Shown in pieces: positions 49,092-49,262 of a DNA stretch of 49,262 nt. The position numbers and the translations under genes were made by a program. Under the pieces are notes generated by a model. It did not search any database. It was not told where the DNA came from and saw only the letters and a program-made list of their open reading frames with translations. Source of the stretch: an uncultured Alphaproteobacteria bacterium (lineage in GTDB: Bacteria > Pseudomonadota > Alphaproteobacteria > CAIYWZ01); the NCBI GenBank assembly GCA_903930075.1, contig CAIYWZ010000124.1, positions 1 through 49,262 of the forward strand, in the 5' to 3' direction. Within the stretch, counting starts at the first letter, position 1; every line of letters begins with the position of its first letter.

Positions 49092-49262
49092 ATGATTCGT
49101 CAGTTTCAACTTGTAGATGCGGTTGTGAAGTATGATCCTCATGCGGATGAGGATTTGCTCAACAAAGCATATGTCTTTTCCATGAAGGCCCACGGCTCGC
49201 AAAAACGAGCATCGGGTGATCCTTATTTTATTCACCCCCTGGAGGTGGCTGGGATTTTGGCC
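49092..49262 (+). CDS. RelA/SpoT-family (p)ppGpp synthetase/hydrolase, 5' fragment (runs off the window)
   Basis: AYVFSMKAHGSQKRASGDPYFIHPLEVAGILA is the HD-domain N-terminus of Rsh proteins. Confidence 0.85.
   Translation, partial: MIRQFQLVDAVVKYDPHADEDLLNKAYVFSMKAHGSQKRASGDPYFIHPLEVAGILA

Noticed and set aside
1-49262. CRISPR arrays, tRNA and rRNA genes, prophage or integron structures
   Set aside because: I found no regularly spaced short direct repeats. The only T-arm/acceptor-like sequence is the tRNA-like domain of the tmRNA. There are no rRNA-like conserved blocks and no integrase or phage structural genes.

Overview
AT-rich chromosomal contig that I infer to be alphaproteobacterial. 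The evidence is a circularly permuted two-piece tmRNA, an alpha-type SspB, a PopZ/DUF2497 homologue beside valS, and infA-maf-yacG synteny. The eukaryote-like repertoire (three ankyrin genes, two class-3 lipases, two HEAT-like proteins) suggests an intracellular symbiont of Holosporales/Rickettsiales type, which is inference only. The first 39 nt are Illumina adapter, not biology. Housekeeping genes are sspB, slt, rplT, rpmI, lolA, nrdJ, valS, trxA, infA, maf, yacG, tatD, phrB, a beta-carbonic anhydrase, lysC and the 5' end of a RelA/SpoT gene. Between them lie accessory or decaying loci. The most unusual locus is one RND adaptor gene followed by three tandem, translationally coupled RND permease paralogues (16.5-26.9 kb). 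Other notable items are: (1) a PopZ homologue whose linker is about six tandem ~54-aa repeats; (2) a tmRNA with a 31-codon arginine-rich tag directly upstream of sspB; (3) a ~180-nt rod-like structured RNA candidate (6S-like); (4) an ISNCY-type IS with a 16-bp target duplication that rewrote the C-terminus of a permease; (5) a homopolymer-frameshifted ankyrin gene; (6) a truncated MidA methyltransferase whose 3' end is duplicated 0.9 kb downstream; (7) a PAS sensor without a kinase domain; (8) an ABC-F ATPase with a compressed first nucleotide-binding domain. I found no rRNA, tRNA or CRISPR array.
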